Source: Chloroflexota bacterium (lineage in GTDB: Bacteria; Chloroflexota; Anaerolineae; Aggregatilineales; Phototrophicaceae). From it: a stretch of 64,000 nucleotides of DNA. The translations under genes and the position numbers were made by a program. Position 1 is the stretch's first letter; each line of letters begins with the position of its first letter. Shown here piece after piece: positions 26,502 through 36,172 of this stretch. The stretch covers positions 23,371 through 87,370 of the forward strand of contig JBCBKJ010000008.1 of NCBI GenBank assembly GCA_038522085.1, written 5' to 3'. The notes below the pieces were generated by a model that searched no databases, had not been told where the DNA came from, and worked only from the letters and a program-made list of their open reading frames with translations.

Positions 26502-27650
26502 TTAGCGCGTGTGGCAATATTGCATAGCTCCTACCATTTGTGCAAGCCCCTTTAACTCTAGGATGGCAAGCGTGGAGGAAACTTCAGCAGTCGACAAACC
26601 TGTCTGTCGGATGATGTCGTCAATGTGTAAAGGTTCCATATCCAGTATAGAAAGTACCTTTTCTTCGTTAGTAGATGCAGGCGCAAGTGTCTCTGTTTGC
26701 TCTTGCACAACTTGATTTGAATAGGCGACATTGAGTTCATCCAGCACATCACTGGCACGCGCAACGAGCTTCGCTCCTTGTTGGATGAGTCGATTACATC
26801 CTGCACCCACACGATTGAAAATATTCGCTGGTACAGCAAATACCTCACGCCCTTGTTCGAGTGCAAAATCAGCCGTAATGAGTGACCCACTTTCTTTGGG
26901 AGCTTCTGCCACGAGTACTCCCAGCGACAAACCACTGACCAGCCGATTCCGCCGCGGGAAGTTTTTTCCTGATGGCGGCGTACCGAGTGGAAATTCACTG
27001 ATGAGCGCCCCGTTTTCTGCAATTTGGTCTGCGAGCCTATCATGCTCACGCGGGTAAATAACATCAATACCACACCCAAATACCGCAATGGTGCGCCCTT
27101 GTGCATCAAGTGCGCCTCTATGAGCCGCAGCATCAACGCCTTGTGCCATGCCAGAAACAATCGTCACATCCTGTGATGCCAACCAGTAACCCATTCGATT
27201 TGCCACGTCCAAGCCATAACGTGTGGCTCGACGTGTGCCTACAATGCTCAACGCCAGTCGGTCTGTTGGTAACAACTCACCGCGCACATAGAGCATTGGG
27301 GGTGGGTCGGAAATATGCCGTAGGCTCTCTGGATAGTCGGAATCTGCCCATGTGACAACATGCGCTCCAACAGCATGAACTTTCTCTAGTTCAGCATCCA
27401 AATCAATTTTAAGCCTTTGCTGGAGCAGAGATGCCTCAGCAGAAGGTGGTAAACCGACTTGTTTTATCGCGTCATCTGGGGCATGCCATGCATCGCGGGC
27501 TGTACCAAACGTGCTGACCAAATGCTGAATACGCACCGCACCTAAATGCGGTATCATACTCAGTCCGATCCAATATTTCTGATTCGTCAAAAGGGATTCG
27601 CCTGATTCACAATTGAAAACACAATAACAGCATTTTCTTTCGCTTGTCAA
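26502..27650 (-). CDS. dprA: DNA processing protein DprA (Smf)
   Basis: N-terminal SAM-like region (WIGLSMIPHLGAVRIQHLVSTFG), Rossmann DprA core (TIVSGMAQGVDAAAHRGAL...AVFGCGIDVIYP), C-terminal winged-helix. Confidence 0.85.
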   Translation of the reverse strand: MTSERKCCYCVFNCESGESLLTNQKYWIGLSMIPHLGAVRIQHLVSTFGTARDAWHAPDDAIKQVGLPPSAEASLLQQRLKIDLDAELEKVHAVGAHVVTWADSDYPESLRHISDPPPMLYVRGELLPTDRLALSIVGTRRATRYGLDVANRMGYWLASQDVTIVSGMAQGVDAAAHRGALDAQGRTIAVFGCGIDVIYPREHDRLADQIAENGALISEFPLGTPPSGKNFPRRNRLVSGLSLGVLVAEAPKESGSLITADFALEQGREVFAVPANIFNRVGAGCNRLIQQGAKLVARASDVLDELNVAYSNQVVQEQTETLAPASTNEEKVLSILDMEPLHIDDIIRQTGLSTAEVSSTLAILELKGLAQMVGAMQYCHTR

Positions 27651-27661
27651 GCAGAGGTACG

Positions 27662-28213
27662 TTACGATTTGTCGGGTAATAAACCTTCTGGCAGACGCAT
27701 TGTGATTTTTTGCGCCTCAAAATCAACGTCTACAAGTGTCTCTTCATGGGAAGGCACAAGGACTTCGCCATAGGTTGTCCCACGCACAACATAAACATCA
27801 TTTGCGCCTGTTTCAATCACATCTTTAACTTTACCCAGTTGGATGCCCGCTTCTGTTTCGACTGCCATGCCGATGAGTTGGTAAAGATAAAATTCATCGT
27901 CTTCTAATGGGACAGCATTTTCCATGTCTATCATGACAAACTGCCCACGCAAGGTTTCAGCAACATTTCTATCGGTGACATCCACGAGTGTGAGGAGGAG
28001 ATATTGCTTGTGAAAACGGGCTGCTTTGACTGTGTAAGGTTCAGGGCTATCATCTTCTGGCGAACTACCTAGAAACACGGTGTCAATATCATCCGTGATG
28101 AAGCGTTCAGGATAGTTCGTGAGAATTTTCATGCGCAATTCACCACGAATGCCATGTGGTCGCAGTATTTCGCCAAGTGTGAGATAGTCAGGTTGTGGGA
28201 TTGGTTTTGCCAT
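27662..28213 (-). CDS. rimM: Ribosome maturation factor RimM
   Basis: LTLGEILRPHGIRGELRM N-terminal motif and PRC-barrel C-terminus; in the ffh-rpsP-KH-rimM context. Confidence 0.9.
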   Translation of the reverse strand: MAKPIPQPDYLTLGEILRPHGIRGELRMKILTNYPERFITDDIDTVFLGSSPEDDSPEPYTVKAARFHKQYLLLTLVDVTDRNVAETLRGQFVMIDMENAVPLEDDEFYLYQLIGMAVETEAGIQLGKVKDVIETGANDVYVVRGTTYGEVLVPSHEETLVDVDFEAQKITMRLPEGLLPDKS

Positions 28214-28235
28214 AGGTTATTGAGTAAGTCGCTAT

Positions 28236-28475
28236 CTAATCAATTTCAAGGATAATGCGTCCACGTCCGCGACGCGGGTCAGATGCACGCAATAATGCAC
28301 GAATCGCGTTTGCTACACGTCCGCCTTTGCCAATGACGCGCCCCATATCGTCCGGCGCAACTGACAAATGCACGATGATATTGCGTCCTTTTTTCTGTTT
28401 GGTGATTTCTATTTTTTCAACGTCGTTCACTAGATTTTCTGCGATATAGCGAACGGTATTTTCTTCCATTTTCAT
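28236..28475 (-). CDS. KH-domain RNA-binding protein (KhpA/YlqC-like)
   Basis: 79 aa with VIGKGGRVANAIRAL (GxxG KH loop); conserved position between rpsP and rimM. Confidence 0.85.
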   Translation of the reverse strand: MKMEENTVRYIAENLVNDVEKIEITKQKKGRNIIVHLSVAPDDMGRVIGKGGRVANAIRALLRASDPRRGRGRIILEID

Positions 28476-28589
28476 GAGATTGTTTTGCTTCCTACAAAAT
28501 ATTTTTCGTCTTGCTTATATTATAAACAATCACCGGATGTACACAACAAGGTCATGTCATCCGGTGCAATGGTAATCTTAGGGTGAAGA

Positions 28590-29075
28590 CTATTCAGCGT
28601 CTTCGTCTGTGGTTTCTTCCTCGTCCTCGTCTGCTGCTTCAGCTTCGGCGGCTGCCGCTTCTGCTGCCGCTGCTTCTTCAGCAGCCAGACGTGCAGCTTC
28701 GCGGGCTTTGATTTTACTTTCACCGTCGGCTGGTGCTGGGAACTGGGTGCGTGGGTCTGGCAAGTCTGCGCGGTTTTCGTCCGCTTCTTTTACCAGTGCT
28801 TCCATATCTTCGCCTGCTTTGAGGCGAGCGAAACGTTCCAGTGTACCCAGACGTTTCAGGATGCGATTCACAGCGTCACTTGGTTGTGCGCCAACGCTCA
28901 ACCAGTACAAGGCACGTTCTTCATCAATCGATTCGGTTGATGGACGTGTACGTGGGTTATAGAACCCAATATTTTCGATGGATTTGCTATCGCGTGCGTT
29001 ACGTTTATCTGTTACCACAATGCGATATGAGGGTTGCTTTTTCGAGCCAACCCGCGTCAGGCGAATACGAACCAT
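28590..29075 (-). CDS. rpsP: 30S ribosomal protein S16 with a long Ala/Glu-rich C-terminal extension
   Basis: MVRIRLTRVGSKKQPSYRIVVTDKRNARD...IGFYNP. Start set at the internal ATG (29075) with a GGAG RBS; the ORF track extends 19 codons further upstream. About 90-aa acidic AAEEAAAAEAAAAEAEAADEDEE tail. Confidence 0.85.
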   Translation of the reverse strand: MVRIRLTRVGSKKQPSYRIVVTDKRNARDSKSIENIGFYNPRTRPSTESIDEERALYWLSVGAQPSDAVNRILKRLGTLERFARLKAGEDMEALVKEADENRADLPDPRTQFPAPADGESKIKAREAARLAAEEAAAAEAAAAEAEAADEDEEETTDEDAE

Positions 29076-29135
29076 ATTCTTCGTTGCTCCTTCAGTTGGT
29101 ATATGCTTTATCTGTTTTTCGAGAGTGGACAAGCA

Positions 29136-30500
29136 TTATAAACCAAAGTTACCCAAATCCCCTAGACCTGGTATGTTAGGAAGTTTACCTTTTCGTAAAC
29201 CATCCATCATTTTTTCCATCTGACGGTACTGCTTGATAACGTCATTGACATCACGCACCTGTACACCACTACCCTGTGCGATGCGTTTACGACGGCTGGC
29301 ATTGAGAATCTTGTAATTATTACGTTCCTCAATGGTCATTGAATTGATGATGGCTTCCACCATCTTGAGGCGACCTTCAATTTCTTGGTCATTTACTTGT
29401 CCCTGCATGCGAAGTTTACTGAAACCTGGCATCATATCAAAGACTTTACCAATGGGACCCATTTTCTTGATTTTCTGGAGTTGTTCCAAGAAATCTTGCA
29501 AGGTGAACTGATTGTTCAGCATCTTCTCTTGCAGTTTTATCGCTTCTTCTTCTTCATAGAGACTTTCTGCTTGCTCCATGAGGGTCAGCACATCGCCCAT
29601 ACCCAAAATGCGGTCAGCGATACGGTCTGGATGGAAGCGTTCAAAGGTATTGCTACTGATTTTTTCGCCTGTACCAATGAATTTAATTGGTACGCCTGTC
29701 ACAGCACGCATCGAAAGTGCCGCACCACCACGCGCATCACCATCGACCTTTGTCAGTACAAGCCCTGTGATACCAACACGGTTATTAAAACCTTCTGCGA
29801 TGTTGACCGCTTCCTGACCTGTCATGGCATCTGCAACGAGAAGCACTTCGGCTGGGTTAGTGCGCGATTTAATCTCTTCAAGCTCGCTCATGAGCGTATC
29901 ATCAATTTGCAGACGACCCGCCGTATCGACAATCACAACATCGGCATTTGCCTTGCGGGCTTCTGCCATACCACGCTTGACGATGTCTTCTGGTTTTGCG
30001 GAAACACCCTCTTCGTAATAATCAATGCCAATTTGCTTGGCAAGCGTTACGAGTTGGTCAACAGCCGCCGGACGATAGGTATCTGCCGCAATCAAGAACG
30101 GTTTACGATTTTGCTCACCGCGCAAAAAGAGCGATAATTTAGCTGCGCTAGTCGTTTTACCCGACCCTTGCAGACCAACCATCATGATGACGTGTGGTTT
30201 TTGACTGCGCGAAAAATCAAGGTTGCCAGGTTCACCAAGCGTTTCAATGAGTTCTTCATGCACAATTTTGAGAACCTCTTGTGCAGGAGTACGTGTTTTG
30301 TGGATTTCTGCACCAGCCGCTTTCTCGCGGGCGCTCTTCACAAAGTCCTTGACGATAGGGAGCGCGACATCCGCTTCTAGGAGTGCCATACGCACAGCAC
30401 GCATCGCATCTTTTACGTCATCTTCAGTGACGCGCTTCCCCTGTCCTAAGCTATCGAAAGCATCATTTAGTCGTTGGCTGAGACTCTCAAACATTGCCAT
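29136..30500 (-). CDS. ffh: Signal recognition particle protein Ffh
   Basis: N domain MAMFESLSQRLNDAF, GTPase P-loop GLQGSGKTTSAAKL, DTAGR, TKVDGD, Met-rich M domain. Confidence 0.95.
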   Translation of the reverse strand: MAMFESLSQRLNDAFDSLGQGKRVTEDDVKDAMRAVRMALLEADVALPIVKDFVKSAREKAAGAEIHKTRTPAQEVLKIVHEELIETLGEPGNLDFSRSQKPHVIMMVGLQGSGKTTSAAKLSLFLRGEQNRKPFLIAADTYRPAAVDQLVTLAKQIGIDYYEEGVSAKPEDIVKRGMAEARKANADVVIVDTAGRLQIDDTLMSELEEIKSRTNPAEVLLVADAMTGQEAVNIAEGFNNRVGITGLVLTKVDGDARGGAALSMRAVTGVPIKFIGTGEKISSNTFERFHPDRIADRILGMGDVLTLMEQAESLYEEEEAIKLQEKMLNNQFTLQDFLEQLQKIKKMGPIGKVFDMMPGFSKLRMQGQVNDQEIEGRLKMVEAIINSMTIEERNNYKILNASRRKRIAQGSGVQVRDVNDVIKQYRQMEKMMDGLRKGKLPNIPGLGDLGNFGL

Positions 30501-30656
30501 TGGTTATTTTCCTTGGGTAACACTTGTGTATTAAAAAACGGGTTTGGGAGCAAATCACTATCATTTTTTACAGTGACCCCCTAACTATTAGGGTATAGTA
30601 CATCATGGACACAATCTATAATAGGTGTGTAAGAAAGTTAGACGAAAGGGTTTGGT

Positions 30657-31208
30657 GTGGTATCAATCAATACAGTGATACCGTTTGCTATCACCTTATT
30701 CGGTGGCATTTTGGCGGCAGGCGCAGTGTATATCGTTGCCCAACTGTTCTTAGGTGGCATGTCAGATGTCGGCGGATTTGATGCAGATGGGTTTGATGCC
30801 GATTCTGGCGAAGGTGAAGCAGTCGGCATTAGCTTGAATGTCATTGCAGCATTTTGTGTTGGTGTGGGGTCAATGGGCTTGGTCGCATCGCTCAATGACT
30901 GGTCGGTTCTGTTGACCATTTTGACCAGCTTGCTATTTGGTTTATTGATGGGACGCTTTTTCCAAGTTGCATTCAGCTATGTGTTACGCCAACAACACAG
31001 CGGACTCATCCAAGATGATGCGTTGGTTGGTACTATTGCCCGTGTCACTGTGGACACCCCAGCCGGAAAACTCGGTGAGGCATTACTGGAAGAACCAGAA
31101 CGTATGAAATATCCAATTCGACACATTGACGATACACCTTTAGCAAAGGGTGATGAAGTCATTGTTGTCAAAGTGGAGGGTGGACGTTTGCATGTTCGTA
31201 AGCGATAA
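30657..31208 (+). CDS. NfeD-family membrane protein (OB-fold C-terminus), partner of flotillin
   Basis: Two to three TM helices then C-terminal beta domain (GDEVIVVKVEGGRLHVRK); immediately upstream of an SPFH/flotillin gene. Confidence 0.75.
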   Translation: MVSINTVIPFAITLFGGILAAGAVYIVAQLFLGGMSDVGGFDADGFDADSGEGEAVGISLNVIAAFCVGVGSMGLVASLNDWSVLLTILTSLLFGLLMGRFFQVAFSYVLRQQHSGLIQDDALVGTIARVTVDTPAGKLGEALLEEPERMKYPIRHIDDTPLAKGDEVIVVKVEGGRLHVRKR

Positions 31209-31255
31209 GCACAATTTTTAACGTGTAATTTAGTGATTTAAGAGAGGACAAAACT

Positions 31256-32746
31256 ATGAGTGGCGCATTATTGATTGGTGGTGCAATCGCACTCGTCGTC
31301 ATTTTCTTAGTGGTGCTGGTGAGCCGTTATTATCACCAAGTACCCCCTAGTGAAGTGATGGTGGTTTTCGGTGGTGGTGGCACACAATATGTAACCGATG
31401 GCGGTGTATTAGTTGTACCTGTTATCCAGACATTTAAACGGCTGGACTTACGTATTATCACAATAAAGACAGAAAAAGATGAGGTATATACGCTCAGTGG
31501 TGTGCCAATTCGTTTGGATTGGGTATCACAGGTACAAGTAGACAGCACAGATTCGGGTGTACGCACCGCAGCAAAAGCCTTTTTGGATAAAACACCGGAT
31601 GAAATTAAGCAAATCATTGAAGAGACATTGAGTGCTAATTTCCGTGCGATTGTGGGTCAAATGACTGTTGAAGCAATTCACCGTGACCGCGATGAATTTG
31701 TCCAACGGGTGCAAGACCTCGCCAGTGATGATGTCGCGGCGATGGGCGTCAAAATCATCTCGATGGGTATTGAGGAAATCACGGATGAACAAGGCTATCT
31801 CGAAGCGATGGCGGCACCTCAAATTGCGGCAGTCAAGCGGGATGCACGGATTGCAGAAGCCGAAGCAGACCGTGAAGCGCGTGTGAAAGCGGCGGATGCA
31901 GGCTTAGTAGCTGAACAAGCAGAGGTCGATGCACAACGTGAAATTCTAGCACAGCGCGAAGCCTTAGAACTGCGCGAGGTACAAGTTAAGCGTCAAGTAG
32001 GCATGAGTCAAGCAGAATCTGACCGCGAAGTGCAAAAGCAACGCGCTCTTGCTGTGGAGCAACAACAGGAAGCGGAAGTCCTCGTACCAGCCCGTGCAAA
32101 ACGCGAAGCAACTGAAATCGAAGCCGAAGCCGAACGCAAACGGATTGAAATTGAAGCTGAGGCGAAGGCGAACGCTACAGAGCGCACTGCGGCGGCAAAT
32201 GCGGAGGCTACCGAGAAAAAAGGTAAAGCAGATGCGGCGGCGTTACGTGCTCAGAAAGAAGCTGAAGCGGCGGGTGAACGCGCCAAATTACTCGCAGAAG
32301 CTGAGGGTCGGCGCGAAATTGCGGCGGCAAGTGCGGCAGAGGGCGAAATCAACTTGCGTCAGTTTGTCATTGAGCAAGTAACCCAAGCGGACATCCAGAA
32401 AGTCCAAGCCATTGCCAATGCTTTAGCAGGACTCGGCAACAACGTGAGAATCGTGCAATTCGCGGGTGGCGAAAATGGCAATAGCCACACAGGCAACACG
32501 CTCATGGATATGCTGATGAACATCCCTGAGTTGAGCGAAGTTTTCATGGCGAAAACCGAAGCCCTCAGCGGCGAAGATTTTGAGCAAACCCTGATGAAAG
32601 CATCGCAATTGTTCAATACCTTACGCACGATGCAATCCGACGCGCCACAACTGGTAGATTATAGTAACGAAGCAGACGACGAAGAGCCTCCACTACCTCC
32701 AGAAATTGAAGAGATCAGTGGTGAAAACGGTGTAGCCTCTTCCTAA
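31256..32746 (+). CDS. Flotillin-like SPFH (band 7) domain protein
   Basis: N-terminal TM anchor, SPFH domain, long Ala/Glu/Arg-rich coiled-coil (EAEAERKRIEIEAEAKANA...), typical of FloT/YqiK. Confidence 0.85.
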   Translation: MSGALLIGGAIALVVIFLVVLVSRYYHQVPPSEVMVVFGGGGTQYVTDGGVLVVPVIQTFKRLDLRIITIKTEKDEVYTLSGVPIRLDWVSQVQVDSTDSGVRTAAKAFLDKTPDEIKQIIEETLSANFRAIVGQMTVEAIHRDRDEFVQRVQDLASDDVAAMGVKIISMGIEEITDEQGYLEAMAAPQIAAVKRDARIAEAEADREARVKAADAGLVAEQAEVDAQREILAQREALELREVQVKRQVGMSQAESDREVQKQRALAVEQQQEAEVLVPARAKREATEIEAEAERKRIEIEAEAKANATERTAAANAEATEKKGKADAAALRAQKEAEAAGERAKLLAEAEGRREIAAASAAEGEINLRQFVIEQVTQADIQKVQAIANALAGLGNNVRIVQFAGGENGNSHTGNTLMDMLMNIPELSEVFMAKTEALSGEDFEQTLMKASQLFNTLRTMQSDAPQLVDYSNEADDEEPPLPPEIEEISGENGVASS

Positions 32747-32777
32747 ATCGCCTACACGCAAGCAGTTTGTAAATATG

Positions 32778-32808
32778 AAAGACCCTGTTGACATCAGGGT
32801 CTTTTTTA
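32778..32808 (+). terminator. Rho-independent terminator after the flotillin gene
   Basis: aagaccctg-ttgacat-cagggtctt followed by TTTTT. Confidence 0.7.
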
Positions 32809-32841
32809 CAGGTAATGAAAAAAACATTCTGTAAGCTGGTT

Positions 32842-33783
32842 TTAATCTCCGAATAGATAGTGTGTCATGCGTGGCACGAAATCCACTAACTGCGCAAAGC
32901 CCTCTGCAAATTCACCTGCATCATTTCCAATAATCAACGTTGGCACATCATTTTCAGTGTGCTTACCATGATTCATCGCTTCCATATTGCCGTGGTCACT
33001 CGTGATAATGATTAAGCCTTCGTCATCTTGCCATGTATCTAACACCCCTGCCATCACTTGGTCGAACGTTTCCATGAGGCTAACAGCTTGCTCTAATGTA
33101 CCACGATGCCCGACATAATCTGTCATCCAGTGTGAGTGCATCGCAAAGTGATACTGCCGGCTGATTTCGACGAGTTTTTGCCCAGCAGTGTAGGGGTCAT
33201 AATAGGGAATATCATCAATCTTGAGATGGTCACGCCAAGGATAGCCTGTGTACTCAGGCGTGAGTGCGTACCCTTGTTTCACATCCTCTTTTGTGAAGAG
33301 ATTTTGCCCTGATGCGATAGCGGCATATTGCACACTCGATGGCAGGCGTTTGCCACTGTTGATGCCCCGTAATCGTTGGGGCGGATAGGCACTAATGAGC
33401 GCGGCATCTGCGGCGTTGTCGCGGGCAGTGATGAAGAAATTTGTCTCATCTAGCAATTCGCGGATGGGCGCATTCGGGAGCGGTCCATAATGACGACCCA
33501 GCATTTCCGGCACATTTTGTCCCGTGAGGATGACCGCTTGTGATGAGCCACTCTGGGGGCGTCCCTCGACACCTAAGCGCGGGTCAGTCGGCACGAACAC
33601 GGCGCGTTCATTCGTTTGTCTTGTCGTCGTTTCCAGCCAGCGATGTCCATTTGTCAGTGCAGTGAGTGTTGGCATCTCTGCAACTGAAAACGGATTATGC
33701 TCGTCATCATCCACGCCTAAACCAATACCATCCACAAAGAGCAGTAGAATGTGTTTCTCGTGGGCAGGGAGCAACGCACTCAT
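32842..33783 (-). CDS. Alkaline-phosphatase-superfamily metalloenzyme (cofactor-independent phosphoglycerate mutase/phosphopentomutase-like)
   Basis: LLLFVDGIGLG N-terminal metal-site motif and TSDHGNMEAMNHGKHTENDVP C-terminal metal-ligand motif. 313 aa. Overlaps the upstream MBL gene stop by 4 nt. Confidence 0.6.
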   Translation of the reverse strand: MSALLPAHEKHILLLFVDGIGLGVDDDEHNPFSVAEMPTLTALTNGHRWLETTTRQTNERAVFVPTDPRLGVEGRPQSGSSQAVILTGQNVPEMLGRHYGPLPNAPIRELLDETNFFITARDNAADAALISAYPPQRLRGINSGKRLPSSVQYAAIASGQNLFTKEDVKQGYALTPEYTGYPWRDHLKIDDIPYYDPYTAGQKLVEISRQYHFAMHSHWMTDYVGHRGTLEQAVSLMETFDQVMAGVLDTWQDDEGLIIITSDHGNMEAMNHGKHTENDVPTLIIGNDAGEFAEGFAQLVDFVPRMTHYLFGD

Positions 33784-34415
33784 AAGAACGGATTATTCTG
33801 GCGCTCGAAGCCGATTGTGGTCTGGCGCATGTGTCCAGGAAGCACCGTCACATCATCACCCAGTGGGAACAATTGCTCACGGATAGATTGGAGCAAGCGT
33901 TCATGATTACCACCCGGTAAATCAGTGCGACCAATACTGCTGAAAAAGAGCGTATCCCCACTGAAAACCATCTTTCGTGATGGCATGTAGAAACTTAAAT
34001 GCCCGTCTGCGTGTCCGGGTGTGTAGAGTGTTTTCAATTTGATGCTACCAAGTTCAATGGTTTCGGATTCACTTTTCAGTAGTCTATCCGGTGTCGCGGC
34101 GACTGGAAATTCGCCTAAGCCGAATCGCCTACCCTGCTGTGGTAAATTTTCCAACATCGATACACAGTCTTCATGAATCCAGAACGGCGCGTTCGTCAGG
34201 TTTTTGAGTTCTTTACTCGCCAACACATGGTCAAAATGAGCATGTGTGGCAAGGATGAGCTTGATTGTCCAACCCGCATCATCGGCTGTCTTTTTGAGCA
34301 AGGGTGCGTCGGCAACAGGGTCAATGAGAATCGCCTCTTTCGTCTCTAAATCACCTATGAGATAGCTATTCGTCGCTACCATGCCGAGCGTCATCATTTT
34401 AATTTCTGTGGTCAT
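33780..34415 (-). CDS. MBL-fold hydrolase (glyoxalase II/hydroxyacylglutathione hydrolase-like)
   Basis: THAHFDH motif, TPGHADGH, typical ~210-aa GloB-like size. Confidence 0.8.
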   Translation of the reverse strand: MTTEIKMMTLGMVATNSYLIGDLETKEAILIDPVADAPLLKKTADDAGWTIKLILATHAHFDHVLASKELKNLTNAPFWIHEDCVSMLENLPQQGRRFGLGEFPVAATPDRLLKSESETIELGSIKLKTLYTPGHADGHLSFYMPSRKMVFSGDTLFFSSIGRTDLPGGNHERLLQSIREQLFPLGDDVTVLPGHMRQTTIGFERQNNPFL

Positions 34416-34446
34416 ATGATGCCTATATGTTTGTACAATGCGTTTA

Positions 34447-36096
34447 TCAGATGGTTTCGAGTTTGGCTTTATTACGTCGTAGAAGCAAGCGTATCATATC
34501 TTTGACTTCATCCATGCCCAGTAAAAGCGTAGAAATCAAGAAGACTGCCCCGCCAACGGCAACCTGCACACTTAGCTGTGCAATCGTGTAAAGCAGACGG
34601 TCTTGCAAGCCAAGCATCGCAAAGACTTCCGCAACAGCCACCACAGCAAAGCCCATCACGATACTGGCAACAATTGTTTTACCTGTGGTGATGAGGATAC
34701 TCTTCTCATTGAAGCCATTCCAACGGCGACGACGCAGAACAATAAGCACCAATACTTGAAAAGCGATACCTAATGAATTACTGAGCGCCAGCCACATCAC
34801 ATTTTCTGTGGGTGGACTTTCATTCGTGAGGATACCTGTCAGCCACAGCGCCAAAATGACATTGATAGCCGCCCCAGCGAGCGATGCGTAGAGTGGCGTC
34901 CATGTATCTCTATCCGCATAGAAACTGCGTGCTAGGACCTCTAGCATACTATAGACGATGATCCCTAAAGTGAATGCGCTCAGGGTTGTGTATACCAATT
35001 GTGTGGCGCTAGCGTCGAATGCACCCCGTTCAAGCAGAGATAGTAACGGTTGCCCGACCAGTATCAAGCCCAACGCTGAGGGTAAACTCAAGATGAGTAT
35101 GAACTTGAGTGCGCCAGAGAGTGCATTACGTTTGCCGAAATCGTCTTTCACTTCACTGAGGGCGGCGAGCGTGGGGAAAATGACAATCCCCATCGCCGTA
35201 CCAATGAGTGTCTGCGGAATTTGCATCAAGCGCCAACCCCAATCAAAGGCTGATACGCTCCCTTCACCGAGACGTGATGCAATATTGGTCATGAAGATGA
35301 AATTGAACTGGAAAACGAACAAGCCAATAACACGCGGTAGCATGAGCCGGAAAACTTCCCAGAGCATCGGGTCACGAATACCAAATTCAGGAAACCATTT
35401 TGCCCCATTACGGATGAGTCCGGGAACCTGGATGAGTAAGTGTCCGAGTGCGCCTAAAACCGTGCCGATAGCAACACCGTAAACACCGAATGGCTCTAGC
35501 AAGAATACGACACCGAACAGAATCCCCAAATCGTACATGATAGGCGCGACGGCTGGTAACAAAAATTGATTATGGCTATGCAGAATACTACTGAAAATAC
35601 CACTCACAGAAAAAATAATCGTGCCAAGAAGCAACATCCGCATCATGACGACGGTCTGCTCAAAAGTTTGCGGATTTTCCACAAAACCAGGCGCAATGAC
35701 ATTGGCAACGAGCCATGGCGTAAACATATAAACAACGGCACTGATGATTAAGGCAACTGTAAATACGACGTTGACAAGACGACTCGCAAGCCGATACCCA
35801 TCGACTTTATCTCCCCGTGCAAGAAAACCACTGAAAACAGGTATGAACGCAAAGCCTAACGCGCCACCTGAAATTAAATCTACGATAGTGGCAGGAACGC
35901 GGTTAGCCGTCACATAAGCATCCCATTCGGGTCCTAAGCCAAAAAATTGCGCAATGATAACGGTCTGCCCCAAGCTGATGGCTTTCGCAATCGCAAACAG
36001 CGCCATAAGCATGAGCGTTGACCGCGCAATGTTGTTCATCCGTTTTTGTTTTTCTTCGGAATCGTCCGGTGGGGGTGTGGTGTCGATAGTCGTCAT
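34447..36096 (-). CDS. murJ: Lipid II flippase MurJ (MviN)
   Basis: 549 aa, about 14 TM, N-terminal conserved region RSTLMLMALFAIAKAISLGQTVIIAQFFGLGPEWDAYVTANRVPATIVDLISGGALGFAFIPVFS. Confidence 0.85.
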   Translation of the reverse strand: MTTIDTTPPPDDSEEKQKRMNNIARSTLMLMALFAIAKAISLGQTVIIAQFFGLGPEWDAYVTANRVPATIVDLISGGALGFAFIPVFSGFLARGDKVDGYRLASRLVNVVFTVALIISAVVYMFTPWLVANVIAPGFVENPQTFEQTVVMMRMLLLGTIIFSVSGIFSSILHSHNQFLLPAVAPIMYDLGILFGVVFLLEPFGVYGVAIGTVLGALGHLLIQVPGLIRNGAKWFPEFGIRDPMLWEVFRLMLPRVIGLFVFQFNFIFMTNIASRLGEGSVSAFDWGWRLMQIPQTLIGTAMGIVIFPTLAALSEVKDDFGKRNALSGALKFILILSLPSALGLILVGQPLLSLLERGAFDASATQLVYTTLSAFTLGIIVYSMLEVLARSFYADRDTWTPLYASLAGAAINVILALWLTGILTNESPPTENVMWLALSNSLGIAFQVLVLIVLRRRRWNGFNEKSILITTGKTIVASIVMGFAVVAVAEVFAMLGLQDRLLYTIAQLSVQVAVGGAVFLISTLLLGMDEVKDMIRLLLRRNKAKLETI

Positions 36097-36172
36097 AGCT
36101 CATCCCATTCGTTAAAAACGGTGAATGACGCTCAGGCATCATCCACCGTTGATAGACACAATTGTTTACGTA

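Noticed and set aside
29385-30137. 250-aa plus-strand ORF inside ffh
   Set aside because: Entirely antisense to the highly conserved SRP54 gene; no RBS and no recognisable motifs.
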